Notes under the pieces: generated by a model | Database searches by the model: none | The model's input: the letters and a program-made list of their open reading frames with translations, nothing else | Told to the model about the DNA's origin: nothing | Origin: an uncultured Candidatus Saccharibacteria bacterium | GTDB lineage: Bacteria > Patescibacteriota > Saccharimonadia > Saccharimonadales > Saccharimonadaceae | DNA length: 64,000 nucleotides | Assembly (NCBI GenBank): GCA_937906385.1 | Contig: CALCYQ010000001.1 | Location: 81,632-145,631 of the forward strand | Reading direction: 5' to 3' | In this document: positions 52,233 through 61,636 of the stretch, one piece after another | Position numbering within the stretch: position 1 is the first letter of the stretch | How the letters are laid out: each line of letters opens with the position of its first letter | Program-made: the position numbers and the translations under genes

Positions 52233-55200
52233 AATATCAAATACAATATGCGCACTCTGCCTTTCCTTTTTCTGCGCACTAGTATTTATGGTCGGAAATA
52301 CTTACGCTGGCGCCTGGACTGGCGGCAACGTGGCGAGAGACTGTAGTGCTGTCATTAATTCATATGGCGTAGCCGGTATTGGGTATTCTCGCCTTGTCTA
52401 CACCACTGGCACGGGCGCTTGCGCCTGGTCTGGCCTAGGCTGGATCTACTTTGTATACGACAATAATTATACTGGCGATTTAACTATGGTGCCATCAAGT
52501 TCTGGCCAGGGTGGCTACACTACGGTTACGTCTGTTTGTACTAATGCCGAAGAAGGCGAAGGCGGCTTTTGGCATTATGGATATTTACAATGGAAATCGG
52601 GCATATCTGGTTCTTATAACGGTTATTCATATTCCATTAATGGCATGGCGGCAGTCGGTAATCCTGGGCACGGCTGGGGCGAGGACACTAACTATAAAAG
52701 CACAGAGCGTGATCGTTGGATTGACGGCGCAACGTATAACAATAACTGGGTGCCTGGGTATAGAGGAAGCGCCGTAAATGGAACGCACGTAATTTCTAAA
52801 AATGGAGTGCAGATTGCTCACTCAGTCGAGGGTGCCGACCAAGATTTCGTTTATCAGCGCTACTTAAAATTCCTAGAAAGGCACACGAACTACAGCAATA
52901 AATGGGACAATGGCTTAAGCGCATTCTGCGACAATAAAGATCACACGGATAGCTATCCTAAAACCGCTAATTACGATGCTGAAATCTCTGCATCCGTGGG
53001 TAGCCGTAGCGGCAACTATGTGGCCGTCAACTTAACTGCTAAAGTTAAGCGTCCATCCGGAGCCGATTTTTATGTAGTTAACGACTACTCGTTAAGAAAT
53101 AATTATAATTCTAGTGAAAATAATGGCACTACGGATATCAATGTAGGATACAGCACTGGCAATATCACGCAGACGGTCTGGGTGGAGGCTCCTGAAGACA
53201 CGAATACTAGAAGCGTTCAAGTCTGTGGCTACATTTATTATTATTCAACTATCACGAAAGCGAGCGAAAACGCCACGCCGTCAAAAAGTGGTTGGACCTA
53301 CAAGCAAGCTTGTACTACAGTAACTATTACTCCATCATCTGGACCAGAACAAAACTGCCCAGAAATGGGTATTACAAATACGCGTTACGTCGGTACGACT
53401 GATGCTTGGATGGAATTTAAGAACAATACCAGCACAAATACGCTCAAGCGCGGCAATACGTCTGGCACCTATTGGGCAAAGCCGGGCGACAACTTCCAAT
53501 TCTCTTATAAGATGTGTGGCGGTTCAGAATTTTCGCGCACATACTCAAATAAAGAACCCGCTAAAGGTTTTAGTGGCAGCGACATTAACCCGAAGTTTAA
53601 TATTTACGGCCAGAACGACGGCAGTAACGATGCCGCATATCTATTTGGCTTGTCAAGCAGTAATCCAAAAACCTATACCGCCGGCACAGACGTGAATATG
53701 TACAAGTCGGTCACTTCTCCGACGTCAGATAATTACAAATGTGAATATACTGACGGACAAAGACACGCGGCCGGCTACTATCAAGTGCCTGCCGAAAGTG
53801 GCAATAGCTGTCAATCGGCCGCTGTCGCAAAATATTCCGACGTTGGTGGCACCTTTGGTCAAAAAATGACCTTCCGCTATGTCAAAACTAAGCGTTATGA
53901 TGTCTATCATCCTCGTACGTGCGGTAACGCCAGGACTGGTTATTACGACTGCTCGTACTATACTTACGGCACGGAGCTAGACTCCTCTAGTGATCAAACC
54001 CTTACCGGTACTGTCAAAGTTCCGTACAACTATGCACTTGCGCCATACGTAAAGCATTCAAACAACAATGGCATCACCTACGCTGGCGCGTCTTTGAGCA
54101 CGCAAGCATATATCGCCACTATTCCGCGCGTGAATAAGCAAGTTCAAGACGGGGCATACGCCACAAGGACGAAAGAGACTAGGATTATTATTGCGTCATT
54201 TACCATGACGGGCAGCAGTTTGCCAATTAATAATGGCGTATCTAGCACCAGCGGCTCACTTAGCGCCAACACTGTATGTAGCGTAGCAAGCGACAGAAGC
54301 TACGGAAACTGTAAGTCGCTTCAAGATTCTAAAGCAGTTCTTAATCAAACGAACGACATGTTGAATGGGTCGTCAGATGAAGATAAGACCCTTACTAATG
54401 GCGGATCAAACGTGAACGGCGCCGTGTCGGCAGAAGTTCCATATGTAGTTCCTGGCACTAAATTCTGCGTAGCCGTAGGCGTTTCCCCGGCTGATAGCCA
54501 CAATACCGGCGACAACCGCCAAATTAACGATACGACTCAAAGTGCGGCACTTTCGAACAATGGCAGCGGTTATCGCGTCGGCCCGCCGGCTTGTGTTACT
54601 GTTGCAAAGAAGCCGACCTTCAGCGTCGAGTCCTCGCAGCTGGTAACTAATGGCAACGTTAAGACCTCAATAACGAATGCTAATAGTAATACGTATGGCT
54701 CTTGGTCAGAGTACGGCATAGTCGCAAATGGCTCTGTAACTGGCATGGCTTCTGGTGCAGCCTACGCTTACACTAGCCCATATTATGGTATTGGCAGCTT
54801 CAATATGAACAGCCGGTCTACTAACGCCGGTTTGAGCTCCGCATCGTCTGCATGTATCTATTCTCAGCAGACTTTCGGAAACAGCAGTTGTGCGCTCGGC
54901 TCGGCTACAATAATTAAAAATTCCGTCAATGCTAACGCGGTTCCTGAAAAGGTATATGATCTCTACCACATGACAAGCGCCGAGATGAACGAAGGCTATC
55001 AACTTAAATTCGGTATCCGTGATATCGCCAAAGCGACACGCTATTTTGGCCAAGGCAATAACCGTGTTAGCATTAGCGGCAAACAATACGTCAACTTCTA
55101 CGCCGGTGGTGAAAGCGCTTGTAAATACGATTCCGATCTCGGCCGCTACGTTGCGCCAGACCCGACTTCGTCTGCATATGCCTATGACGAAAATCATAAC

Positions 55201-55860
55201 CGCGTTTCTACGGTCTACTGTACGACTGACGGTAACAAATATATGAAGGTTGTCGGCGATGCCTACTATGGCGGTTCGTCCGGCATCGATTATGGTGGCT
55301 CGGGCACGTCTGACCTCGACCATACTTATGGTTCACCGCGCACTACCTATCGCAACCCGGTCTTCATCCTTGACGTTGAGGGCACGATTATTATCGACTC
55401 TGATATCCGTATTAATAACGGCGGAAGCGATAAATTCCAAGCTATCGATCAGCTGCCGACTATTATCATCTTCGCAAAGGATGTTATCATTAGCGATACT
55501 GTCACTCGTTTGGATGCCTGGATTATTGCCGGCTTAAAGAGTGGAAGCGGAGAAGTGAATACGTGCGGATATAGCCACACGGGGAAGTCGCTAATTAAGA
55601 CGGAAGACTTAACCTCTGACAAGTGTACCTCGGCGCTTACAATTAATGGCGCAGTTTATGCAAAGAAAATGATACTTAACCGCACGTTTGGTGGCGGCGG
55701 CCAAAGTGGCGATAATGCCGATACGATCAAGAGCCGCTTCGTTCAGCGCGGTGAGGTCTTCAATCTTCGTAGTGATATCTACTACTGGGCTTACTACCAG
55801 TCGCAACGTAATCGCATCTTGACAACTGTTTACTCGCGCGAGTTGCCGACGAGATACTAA
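52207..55860 (+). CDS. 1217-aa secreted protein, candidate pilus-associated adhesin
   Basis: SD AGGAGG 6 nt upstream. Signal peptide ..NTYAGA. G/S/T/N/Y-rich beta-type composition with many Cys. No recognised domain. Translationally linked to the flanking pilin-like genes. Confidence 0.6.
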   Translation: MKKYMLKNKISNTICALCLSFFCALVFMVGNTYAGAWTGGNVARDCSAVINSYGVAGIGYSRLVYTTGTGACAWSGLGWIYFVYDNNYTGDLTMVPSSSGQGGYTTVTSVCTNAEEGEGGFWHYGYLQWKSGISGSYNGYSYSINGMAAVGNPGHGWGEDTNYKSTERDRWIDGATYNNNWVPGYRGSAVNGTHVISKNGVQIAHSVEGADQDFVYQRYLKFLERHTNYSNKWDNGLSAFCDNKDHTDSYPKTANYDAEISASVGSRSGNYVAVNLTAKVKRPSGADFYVVNDYSLRNNYNSSENNGTTDINVGYSTGNITQTVWVEAPEDTNTRSVQVCGYIYYYSTITKASENATPSKSGWTYKQACTTVTITPSSGPEQNCPEMGITNTRYVGTTDAWMEFKNNTSTNTLKRGNTSGTYWAKPGDNFQFSYKMCGGSEFSRTYSNKEPAKGFSGSDINPKFNIYGQNDGSNDAAYLFGLSSSNPKTYTAGTDVNMYKSVTSPTSDNYKCEYTDGQRHAAGYYQVPAESGNSCQSAAVAKYSDVGGTFGQKMTFRYVKTKRYDVYHPRTCGNARTGYYDCSYYTYGTELDSSSDQTLTGTVKVPYNYALAPYVKHSNNNGITYAGASLSTQAYIATIPRVNKQVQDGAYATRTKETRIIIASFTMTGSSLPINNGVSSTSGSLSANTVCSVASDRSYGNCKSLQDSKAVLNQTNDMLNGSSDEDKTLTNGGSNVNGAVSAEVPYVVPGTKFCVAVGVSPADSHNTGDNRQINDTTQSAALSNNGSGYRVGPPACVTVAKKPTFSVESSQLVTNGNVKTSITNANSNTYGSWSEYGIVANGSVTGMASGAAYAYTSPYYGIGSFNMNSRSTNAGLSSASSACIYSQQTFGNSSCALGSATIIKNSVNANAVPEKVYDLYHMTSAEMNEGYQLKFGIRDIAKATRYFGQGNNRVSISGKQYVNFYAGGESACKYDSDLGRYVAPDPTSSAYAYDENHNRVSTVYCTTDGNKYMKVVGDAYYGGSSGIDYGGSGTSDLDHTYGSPRTTYRNPVFILDVEGTIIIDSDIRINNGGSDKFQAIDQLPTIIIFAKDVIISDTVTRLDAWIIAGLKSGSGEVNTCGYSHTGKSLIKTEDLTSDKCTSALTINGAVYAKKMILNRTFGGGGQSGDNADTIKSRFVQRGEVFNLRSDIYYWAYYQSQRNRILTTVYSRELPTRY

Positions 55861-55899
55861 AAACAAGCAAAAAACATAACGCTAATGTATAATAAAGAT

Positions 55900-56823
55900 A
55901 TGAAAATGGTGAGGCAAAGCAAAAAACAAGGTTTTACAGTTATAGAGGTAATGCTCGTGTTGGCTCTTACTGGCTTGCTATTTGTTGGTTTAGTCGCCGG
56001 TTTTAGCGGCAACTTGTCTCGCCAGCGTTATAAAGACGCCACTCAAGATCTTGCTTCCCAGCTTCGCCGCCTCTACTCGCTCGTAGCCGACACGCAAGTG
56101 CAGACTCGCGCGAATGACTCGGCTTGCTACGGCCTAAAGGACTCTAGCGGTAGTGTAGTAAATGGGCGTATAAATGCAAATCGCGGCCGCAGTGAATGTG
56201 TTGTTTATGGCGTGGCGGCTAGCATCTATAAAGATAGAATTGAAACTACTCAGATCCTAGGAAAAGATATCAAGGCTATCTCTTCGGCGATTGATACTAC
56301 TTCGTTGTCTGATTTAGATCTACTAATTGCCGCCGACGCAAATAATCTAGTCGCTATGAAAGAAAATGGCGTCGGGGCCAATTGTCGCATTCAACTTGCG
56401 GGTGATATGGAGAACTATACCTTAAAATGGGGTTCGAAACTTAAGAAACCAGGCGTTGCCGAAAAAGAAAAAGACGTTAAGGCGACAATTCTAATTTTCC
56501 GCTCGCCACGCGATGGTGGCATCCGCACCTATATTTGGGAAAATGTCGTGCATGATGGCGTAGGCAACCCTCTCAGCTACGAGGAATTTGCAAAGGGCAC
56601 TTACACTTGTTCGTCCAGCGCTGGCCTACTCAATAGTTATGGCATAAATAGCTATCTCAATAGTTTCGCAGAAAAAGAGCTAAAACTTTGCATTGAAGCC
56701 GGTGACGGCATGGCTTACGGCAATAGCCGTCGCATGGTTCGTATTAAAAAGGGTGGCCATAGCTCGTCGGCCGTCGAATTGGTTAATGCAGACTCGGATG
56801 ATCCGGAGGATAGATGCTTATGA
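55900..56823 (+). CDS. Prepilin-type (class III signal) minor pilin-like protein
   Basis: MKMVRQSKKQG/FTVIEVMLVLALTGLLF. Start set at ATG 55900, since the listed ATG 55885 lies inside the TGTATAAT -10 box (55886-55893). Confidence 0.7.
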   Translation: MKMVRQSKKQGFTVIEVMLVLALTGLLFVGLVAGFSGNLSRQRYKDATQDLASQLRRLYSLVADTQVQTRANDSACYGLKDSSGSVVNGRINANRGRSECVVYGVAASIYKDRIETTQILGKDIKAISSAIDTTSLSDLDLLIAADANNLVAMKENGVGANCRIQLAGDMENYTLKWGSKLKKPGVAEKEKDVKATILIFRSPRDGGIRTYIWENVVHDGVGNPLSYEEFAKGTYTCSSSAGLLNSYGINSYLNSFAEKELKLCIEAGDGMAYGNSRRMVRIKKGGHSSSAVELVNADSDDPEDRCL

Positions 56824-57614
56824 AAAAGATAAAACACGGCGACACGATTATTGAAGTTTGCATTTGTGTATCGATTTTTGCATTAGTCTGTATCTTTACG
56901 GTCGGCCTCATGAACAATGGCTTAAATACCGCTCAGCGCACGCTTGAGGTTACTATGGCGCGTACCGCCATTGACTCTCAGGCTGAATCTCTGCGCTTTA
57001 TCCACAACAATTACCTTTCCGAGCGCAACAGTAATAGCACGGCTCAGTTTAAGAAAATCTGGCAACGCATTAAAGATTACTCGCGCGACCCGAGCAAAAT
57101 AAAAACGAGCGAGTATGCCAGTGTTAGGTTTGACGTAAATAGTTATAACAACTGCGACGAGGTATATAGCGATCAGATTTCTTATTTTAGTGCTTTTGCG
57201 GTTAACCCACGCCTAATCTTGCCGGACCTTAACGCTTCCTATCGTGGTATTAGCTATACTGATGTTGGTAAAAACGGCATTATTGACAATATGATTATTA
57301 GTAACAAATCTGGCGTCGGCACTAACAAATTAAGAGCAGCTAGTCTCTACCCGCGTATAATTTATCAGACTGGTCGAGGATCAGGCGATACGGATGCGGA
57401 AAGCTTAAAAGGGGACAGTTCCAACTTATACCAATTTGTGAATGCAGTCGAAGGTGTTTGGGTAATTGCCGTCCACGAGAACGAGGATGATTTAAACCGC
57501 TCAGAATTCTTCGATTTTTATATTCGCACTTGTTGGATGTCGGTAGGAAATACTACTCCATCTACCATTACGACGATAGTTCGTCTATATAATCCGGAGA
57601 CGATTCAAGAATGA
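56820..57614 (+). CDS. Pilin-like protein with atypical G-D-T-I-I-E signal
   Basis: MKKIKHG/DTIIEVCICVSIFALVCIF. GGAGGA lies 9 nt upstream. ATGA overlap with the previous gene. Confidence 0.55.
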   Translation: MKKIKHGDTIIEVCICVSIFALVCIFTVGLMNNGLNTAQRTLEVTMARTAIDSQAESLRFIHNNYLSERNSNSTAQFKKIWQRIKDYSRDPSKIKTSEYASVRFDVNSYNNCDEVYSDQISYFSAFAVNPRLILPDLNASYRGISYTDVGKNGIIDNMIISNKSGVGTNKLRAASLYPRIIYQTGRGSGDTDAESLKGDSSNLYQFVNAVEGVWVIAVHENEDDLNRSEFFDFYIRTCWMSVGNTTPSTITTIVRLYNPETIQE

Positions 57615-58444
57615 AAAATAATATGCACAAAACACATAAAAAAGGCTTTACGATTATTGAGTTCACCTTGGCTATGGCCTTTATCGGCATTATTCTAGTT
57701 GCCGTTTGTTTGATTACGATTCAGATTACTAACATCTATCAAAAGGGACTTTCGCTTCGCGCTATAAATTCAGTCGGACGCGAAATTATGGATGATATGA
57801 CGAAGACGATTGGCGGCTCGGCTATTGTCCCGAATATTAACCCAGAGCCTGCTTTCAATAATATTACCGATTCGCAGATTAATACTGCGCGCGCTAAGTA
57901 TTTTGTCACTAATAATATCAGCTCGACACGTCAGGCTAGTGGCGTCTTTTGCACCGGTAGCTTTGATTATGTCTGGAATACCGCCGATACACTTAAAGGC
58001 GAGACTGGTGCGACTGCAATTAGGATTACTACAGATGAACGTATCTTTACGCCAAAGCTAGTTCGTATTCCAGATACTACTCGACAATTTTGTACGGCTG
58101 GCATTACTAGCATTAGCGGTGTTAGTGAAAGTAGCCTCGTGGAGCTTATTAATGACGATGAGTCAGATCTCGCGCTGTATGATCTCACAGTCTATCCGGC
58201 TATGCAAAGCTCATCTACGCGACATATTATTTATAGCATTAGTTTCATTATCGCCACGAAGAAGGGTGGTATTAATATCAATTCCAACGGTGATTTTTGT
58301 ACCGGCAAGCCGCGTCCTTACAATCCGGAAGCCGTTGGTAACGAATTCAATGATATGGACTTCAACTATTGCGCAGTAAACCGTTTCGACTTTGTCGCAC
58401 GGCAAACTGGTGAATCAAGTGAGGTAAGCGGATATGGTAACTAA
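57611..58444 (+). CDS. Prepilin-type minor pilin-like protein
   Basis: ..HKKG/FTIIEFTLAMAFIGIILVAV. ATGA overlap with the previous gene. Confidence 0.7.
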   Translation: MKNNMHKTHKKGFTIIEFTLAMAFIGIILVAVCLITIQITNIYQKGLSLRAINSVGREIMDDMTKTIGGSAIVPNINPEPAFNNITDSQINTARAKYFVTNNISSTRQASGVFCTGSFDYVWNTADTLKGETGATAIRITTDERIFTPKLVRIPDTTRQFCTAGITSISGVSESSLVELINDDESDLALYDLTVYPAMQSSSTRHIIYSISFIIATKKGGININSNGDFCTGKPRPYNPEAVGNEFNDMDFNYCAVNRFDFVARQTGESSEVSGYGN

Positions 58445-58454
58445 AGGGAGGAAT

Positions 58455-59846
58455 ATGAAAACCCAAACAAAAGACAGGGAAGGTGCTGCAGCAATTTATA
58501 TCGTCATCTTCACTACGATGCTGTTTAGCATCATCGCATTAAGCTTCGTGCGTATTATGGTCTCCGAAGCGAACCAAACTGTAAACTATAGCCTTTCTCA
58601 GTCGGCTTATAACTCCGCTCAGGCTGGTATCGAAGATGCAAAAATCGCATTGCTCAAATATCAGAACTGCGTCAGTACTGGCGACGCCATTAATAAGACG
58701 GAATGTGAAAACATTCGAAAATACATGACCGCCGGCGCCTCTGATACGGCGAATAATGATTGCGATGCTGTCGCGAAGGCTCTTGGTCGCGCAACTAGCG
58801 GCGAGACGATGATTTCCTCCACTACGTCTCATAACAGCCAAGTTGACGCCGCCAGCAAGGCTATCGATCAAGCCTACACTTGTGTGATGGTTCAAGTTGA
58901 CACTGACGACTATATCTCCAAACTCAACAGCAATAGCTATTCCAAATTCGTTCCTCTCCGCGCGGAAGATATTACTAAACTCGACAAAATCAAGATTCTT
59001 TGGTTTAGCCAAGACGATGCGCGTAAAATTTCCGACGGTGCTGGCTTTTCGGCCTATACCAGCAGAAGCACCACCGCTAGTAAGACAACTCGCGTTACGT
59101 CCGGCTTCGACACGTATTCTTATGGTACATTTTCTGGCACGAAACAATCCGCTCCGCCAGTTCTTCGTGTTGACTTAATTCAAACCGCAAAAAACTTCGG
59201 CATTAGCGAATTCTACACAGCAATGAGCGGTACTAGGACTAATCGTGGTACGCTAACGCTCCGCCCGTCCTCCAATTCTGGCGCCATTAATGATATCGGA
59301 AGTAGTGACACGGTCGGTTTTGCTGCTTCGGCTATGAAGGGCTACAACGTCCCGATGGATATCAAATGTAACGATCCTACCGGTACTTTCACTGCTAATG
59401 GTTATGCTTGTGCTACGACCATTAAGATCCCGGCACCAAACAATACTTACTCGAACACCCGTAGCGAAGGTAACACGCTTTTGCGCATAACTTTGCCATA
59501 CGGTGGCCCAGAAACTACCTTCCAAGTTGTCATGTATGACGCAAGCGGCAATATTATTCAATTCTCCGGCGTTCAGTCGATTGTTGATTCCACCGGTCGT
59601 GCGAATGACCTCTTCCGCCGCGTCGAGGCTCGCCTTGAGATGATTGATACCTACTTCCCGATGCCAGACGCTGCCCTTACGCTTTCTGGCGACGGCGACA
59701 CCGTGAAAAAGAACTTCTACGTCACGAAAGATTGTTTCTCGCAGACTGTCGAATCGTATGACCCATCTACGAATACATTTGTTATTAAACGCAAAACAGC
59801 TTCTGGTACAGACGATACGAAGTGCTACAACTATCACGAACTATAA
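58455..59846 (+). CDS. PilX-N/TadG-like pilus assembly protein
   Basis: REGAAAIYIVIFTTMLFSIIALSFVRIMVSEANQTVNYSLSQSAYNSAQAGIEDA resembles the PilX N-terminal module. Start at ATG 58455 after GGGAGG. Confidence 0.55.
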   Translation: MKTQTKDREGAAAIYIVIFTTMLFSIIALSFVRIMVSEANQTVNYSLSQSAYNSAQAGIEDAKIALLKYQNCVSTGDAINKTECENIRKYMTAGASDTANNDCDAVAKALGRATSGETMISSTTSHNSQVDAASKAIDQAYTCVMVQVDTDDYISKLNSNSYSKFVPLRAEDITKLDKIKILWFSQDDARKISDGAGFSAYTSRSTTASKTTRVTSGFDTYSYGTFSGTKQSAPPVLRVDLIQTAKNFGISEFYTAMSGTRTNRGTLTLRPSSNSGAINDIGSSDTVGFAASAMKGYNVPMDIKCNDPTGTFTANGYACATTIKIPAPNNTYSNTRSEGNTLLRITLPYGGPETTFQVVMYDASGNIIQFSGVQSIVDSTGRANDLFRRVEARLEMIDTYFPMPDAALTLSGDGDTVKKNFYVTKDCFSQTVESYDPSTNTFVIKRKTASGTDDTKCYNYHEL

Positions 59847-59854
59847 GTTAAATT

Positions 59855-59878
59855 CCAGCCCTTCGGGGCTGGTTTTTT
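59855..59878 (+). terminator. Intrinsic terminator of the pilin-like operon
   Basis: ccagccc-ttcg-gggctgg plus T6. Confidence 0.8.
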
Positions 59879-59912
59879 GTGCAAGAAAAAACGGCCACTC
59901 GGTCGTCATATA

Positions 59913-59999
59913 TGGTGCCCGCGACTGGAGTTGAACCAGCACGCCCGTGAAGGCACTAGCACCTGAAGCTAGCGCGTCTGCCAATTCCGCCACGCGGGC
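59913..59999 (-). tRNA. tRNA-Leu (anticodon CAG), CCA encoded
   Basis: Reverse complement GCCCGCGTGGCGGAATTGGCAGACGCG-CTAGC-TTCAGGT-GCTAG-long variable arm-..GGTTCAACTCC..CGCGGGCACCA. Confidence 0.9.
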
Positions 60000-60036
60000 A
60001 TGCCATTATTCTAGCATAAAATGATACAATAGGGGT

Positions 60037-60465
60037 ATGTCGTATTACTTTACCGATGGTAGCGCAAGTCCAAATCCTGGCCCGGGTGGCTATGCCGTGA
60101 TTCTCGATGGCGCTCCAGTTGCTTTAGGGCGGGAAAAAGATTCCACTAATATTCGTATGGAGGCGCAAGCTTTAATCGCGGCTTATAAACTCGCTCAGCC
60201 TGGCGACACTATCTATACTGACAGCGAATTTTGGGTGAATGTCGCCACGAGATGGGCTGCTGGCTGGCAGAGAAATGGCTGGAAGAAGAAAACTGGCGCA
60301 ATTAAGAATCTTGAACTAGTTCAAGAATTATATGAATTATATTGCGCGCACCCAGACATAAAACTCGAATGGACGCGTGGCCATGTTGGTACGGATGGCA
60401 ATGAAGCGGCGGACGAATGGGCAAATAAGGCCCGTGAAGGCGCTACGCTAGAAGGAGGAGCATGA
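60037..60465 (+). CDS. rnhA: Ribonuclease HI
   Basis: DGSASPNPGPGGYA, NIRMEAQALI, YTDSEF, GHVGTDGNEAADEWA (DEDD catalytic set). Leaderless geometry: TGaTACAAT 60022-60030. Confidence 0.85.
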   Translation: MSYYFTDGSASPNPGPGGYAVILDGAPVALGREKDSTNIRMEAQALIAAYKLAQPGDTIYTDSEFWVNVATRWAAGWQRNGWKKKTGAIKNLELVQELYELYCAHPDIKLEWTRGHVGTDGNEAADEWANKAREGATLEGGA

Positions 60466-61031
60466 AAAAATCCATCGTTAAAATGAAATTAAATAGTCGC
60501 GTAGATTTCGTCGATACGCTAGCAGAAATCGATTTTAAGTTTAGCGAGCCATACTGGCAACACGATCGTATTTTTGTGCCACGTGGTTTTAACCGCGAGA
60601 AATCTCAGCCACGCCTCTCGCTTCGCACTATTGTGAAAGACCCAAATAAAGATGCTATTTATGCACTCGTTTTGCGCCGCCACTTCGAGGACAAGAAGTT
60701 CGATGTCGTCAATTCGATTGTCGTTAAAGATTACACCGAAGCCGCGCATATCGTCTACCAGCTCGGCTACGAGCTTAAATACGAGGTTGCTCGCAAACGT
60801 GAAGAGTTAAGCATGGGCGACACTATTAAGATTTACATCGACAAAATCGACAATCTGCCAGGCTATTATGCCAAAATCGAATCCGACTTAAGCGATAACG
60901 ATGATACCCTTGAAGCTTACAATGATTTACTTGAAACCTTCAAGGTCCTAAATGTCAAAAATACCAAGCCGGTCGACCGCACCTATGGCGAGCTGTTAGA
61001 TTCTTCACTCCACGACACTGTTGCTGGATAA
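60462..61031 (+). CDS. CYTH-like (class IV adenylate cyclase/triphosphatase fold) protein
   Basis: The C-terminal pattern IKIYIDKIDNLPGYYAKIES resembles the CYTH v-lD-v-gLG-fvEIE strand. The N-terminal EIDFK-like strand is weak. Confidence 0.4.
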   Translation: MKKSIVKMKLNSRVDFVDTLAEIDFKFSEPYWQHDRIFVPRGFNREKSQPRLSLRTIVKDPNKDAIYALVLRRHFEDKKFDVVNSIVVKDYTEAAHIVYQLGYELKYEVARKREELSMGDTIKIYIDKIDNLPGYYAKIESDLSDNDDTLEAYNDLLETFKVLNVKNTKPVDRTYGELLDSSLHDTVAG

Positions 61032-61036
61032 CAAAA

Positions 61037-61061
61037 ATCCCACCAGTTAGGTGGGATTTTT
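61037..61061. terminator. Bidirectional intrinsic terminator
   Basis: atcccacc-agtta-ggtgggat flanked by A5 and T4. Confidence 0.75.
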
Positions 61062-61074
61062 AAAAGCTAGATTT

Positions 61075-61476
61075 TTATTTCTCAGCGGCCTTTTTGGTAG
61101 TAGTTTTCTTTGCGGCTGGCTTCTTTGCGGCGGTTTTAGTTGTAGTCTTTTTGGCCGGAGCTTTCTTTTCGGCAGCCGGCTTCGCAACCTTAGCGGCAGC
61201 CTTTGGCGTGGCTTTCTTCGTGGCGGCCATCTTGACGTTGTTTGCTTTTGCAAAAGCTACAAGTTTAGCTTTGCGGCGGCTTGCGGTATTCTTCTTCATT
61301 AAGCCTTTTTTAACGGCCTTGTCGTATTCAGATTGAACAGTAGCCATTTTTTCGGCAGTTGGGTTAGCGCGGAAATCTTTCAAAGCACCACGAATAACCT
61401 TTTTGATCGCTTGATTGTTGCTGCGACGTTTTTCTGCTTGGCGCGCAGCCTTCTTTGCGGATTTAATAATCGGCAT
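61075..61476 (-). CDS. rpsT: 30S ribosomal protein S20 with Lys/Ala/Thr-rich histone-H1-like C-terminal extension
   Basis: MPIIKSAKKAARQAEKRRSNN.. S20 core of about 85 aa, then ..KKATPKAAAKVAKPAAEKKAPAKKTTTKTAAKKPAAKKTTTKKAAEK. Confidence 0.9.
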   Translation of the reverse strand: MPIIKSAKKAARQAEKRRSNNQAIKKVIRGALKDFRANPTAEKMATVQSEYDKAVKKGLMKKNTASRRKAKLVAFAKANNVKMAATKKATPKAAAKVAKPAAEKKAPAKKTTTKTAAKKPAAKKTTTKKAAEK

Positions 61477-61636
61477 TTAAATACTTTTCCTTAAATTATA
61501 TTTTCAATTGAGTCATATTATATTCTAAAATTGGCTAAAAGTAAAGAGTAGAGATGAAAAGGGCTTGCATTTTAAAAAAGATTATGCTAAAGTGAATTCA
61601 TAAATAGGTCAAAAATAAACAGAAAACATAAAAAAT

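Noticed and set aside
55885-55899. Upstream ATG given by the ORF track for the first pilin-like gene. The same issue applies to 31780, 22970, 39353, 13764, 24024, 24877 and 17550 for their genes.
   Set aside because: The upstream codons lie inside promoter -10 boxes or the preceding gene. Downstream ATGs have proper leaderless spacing or an SD, and they give canonical N-termini.
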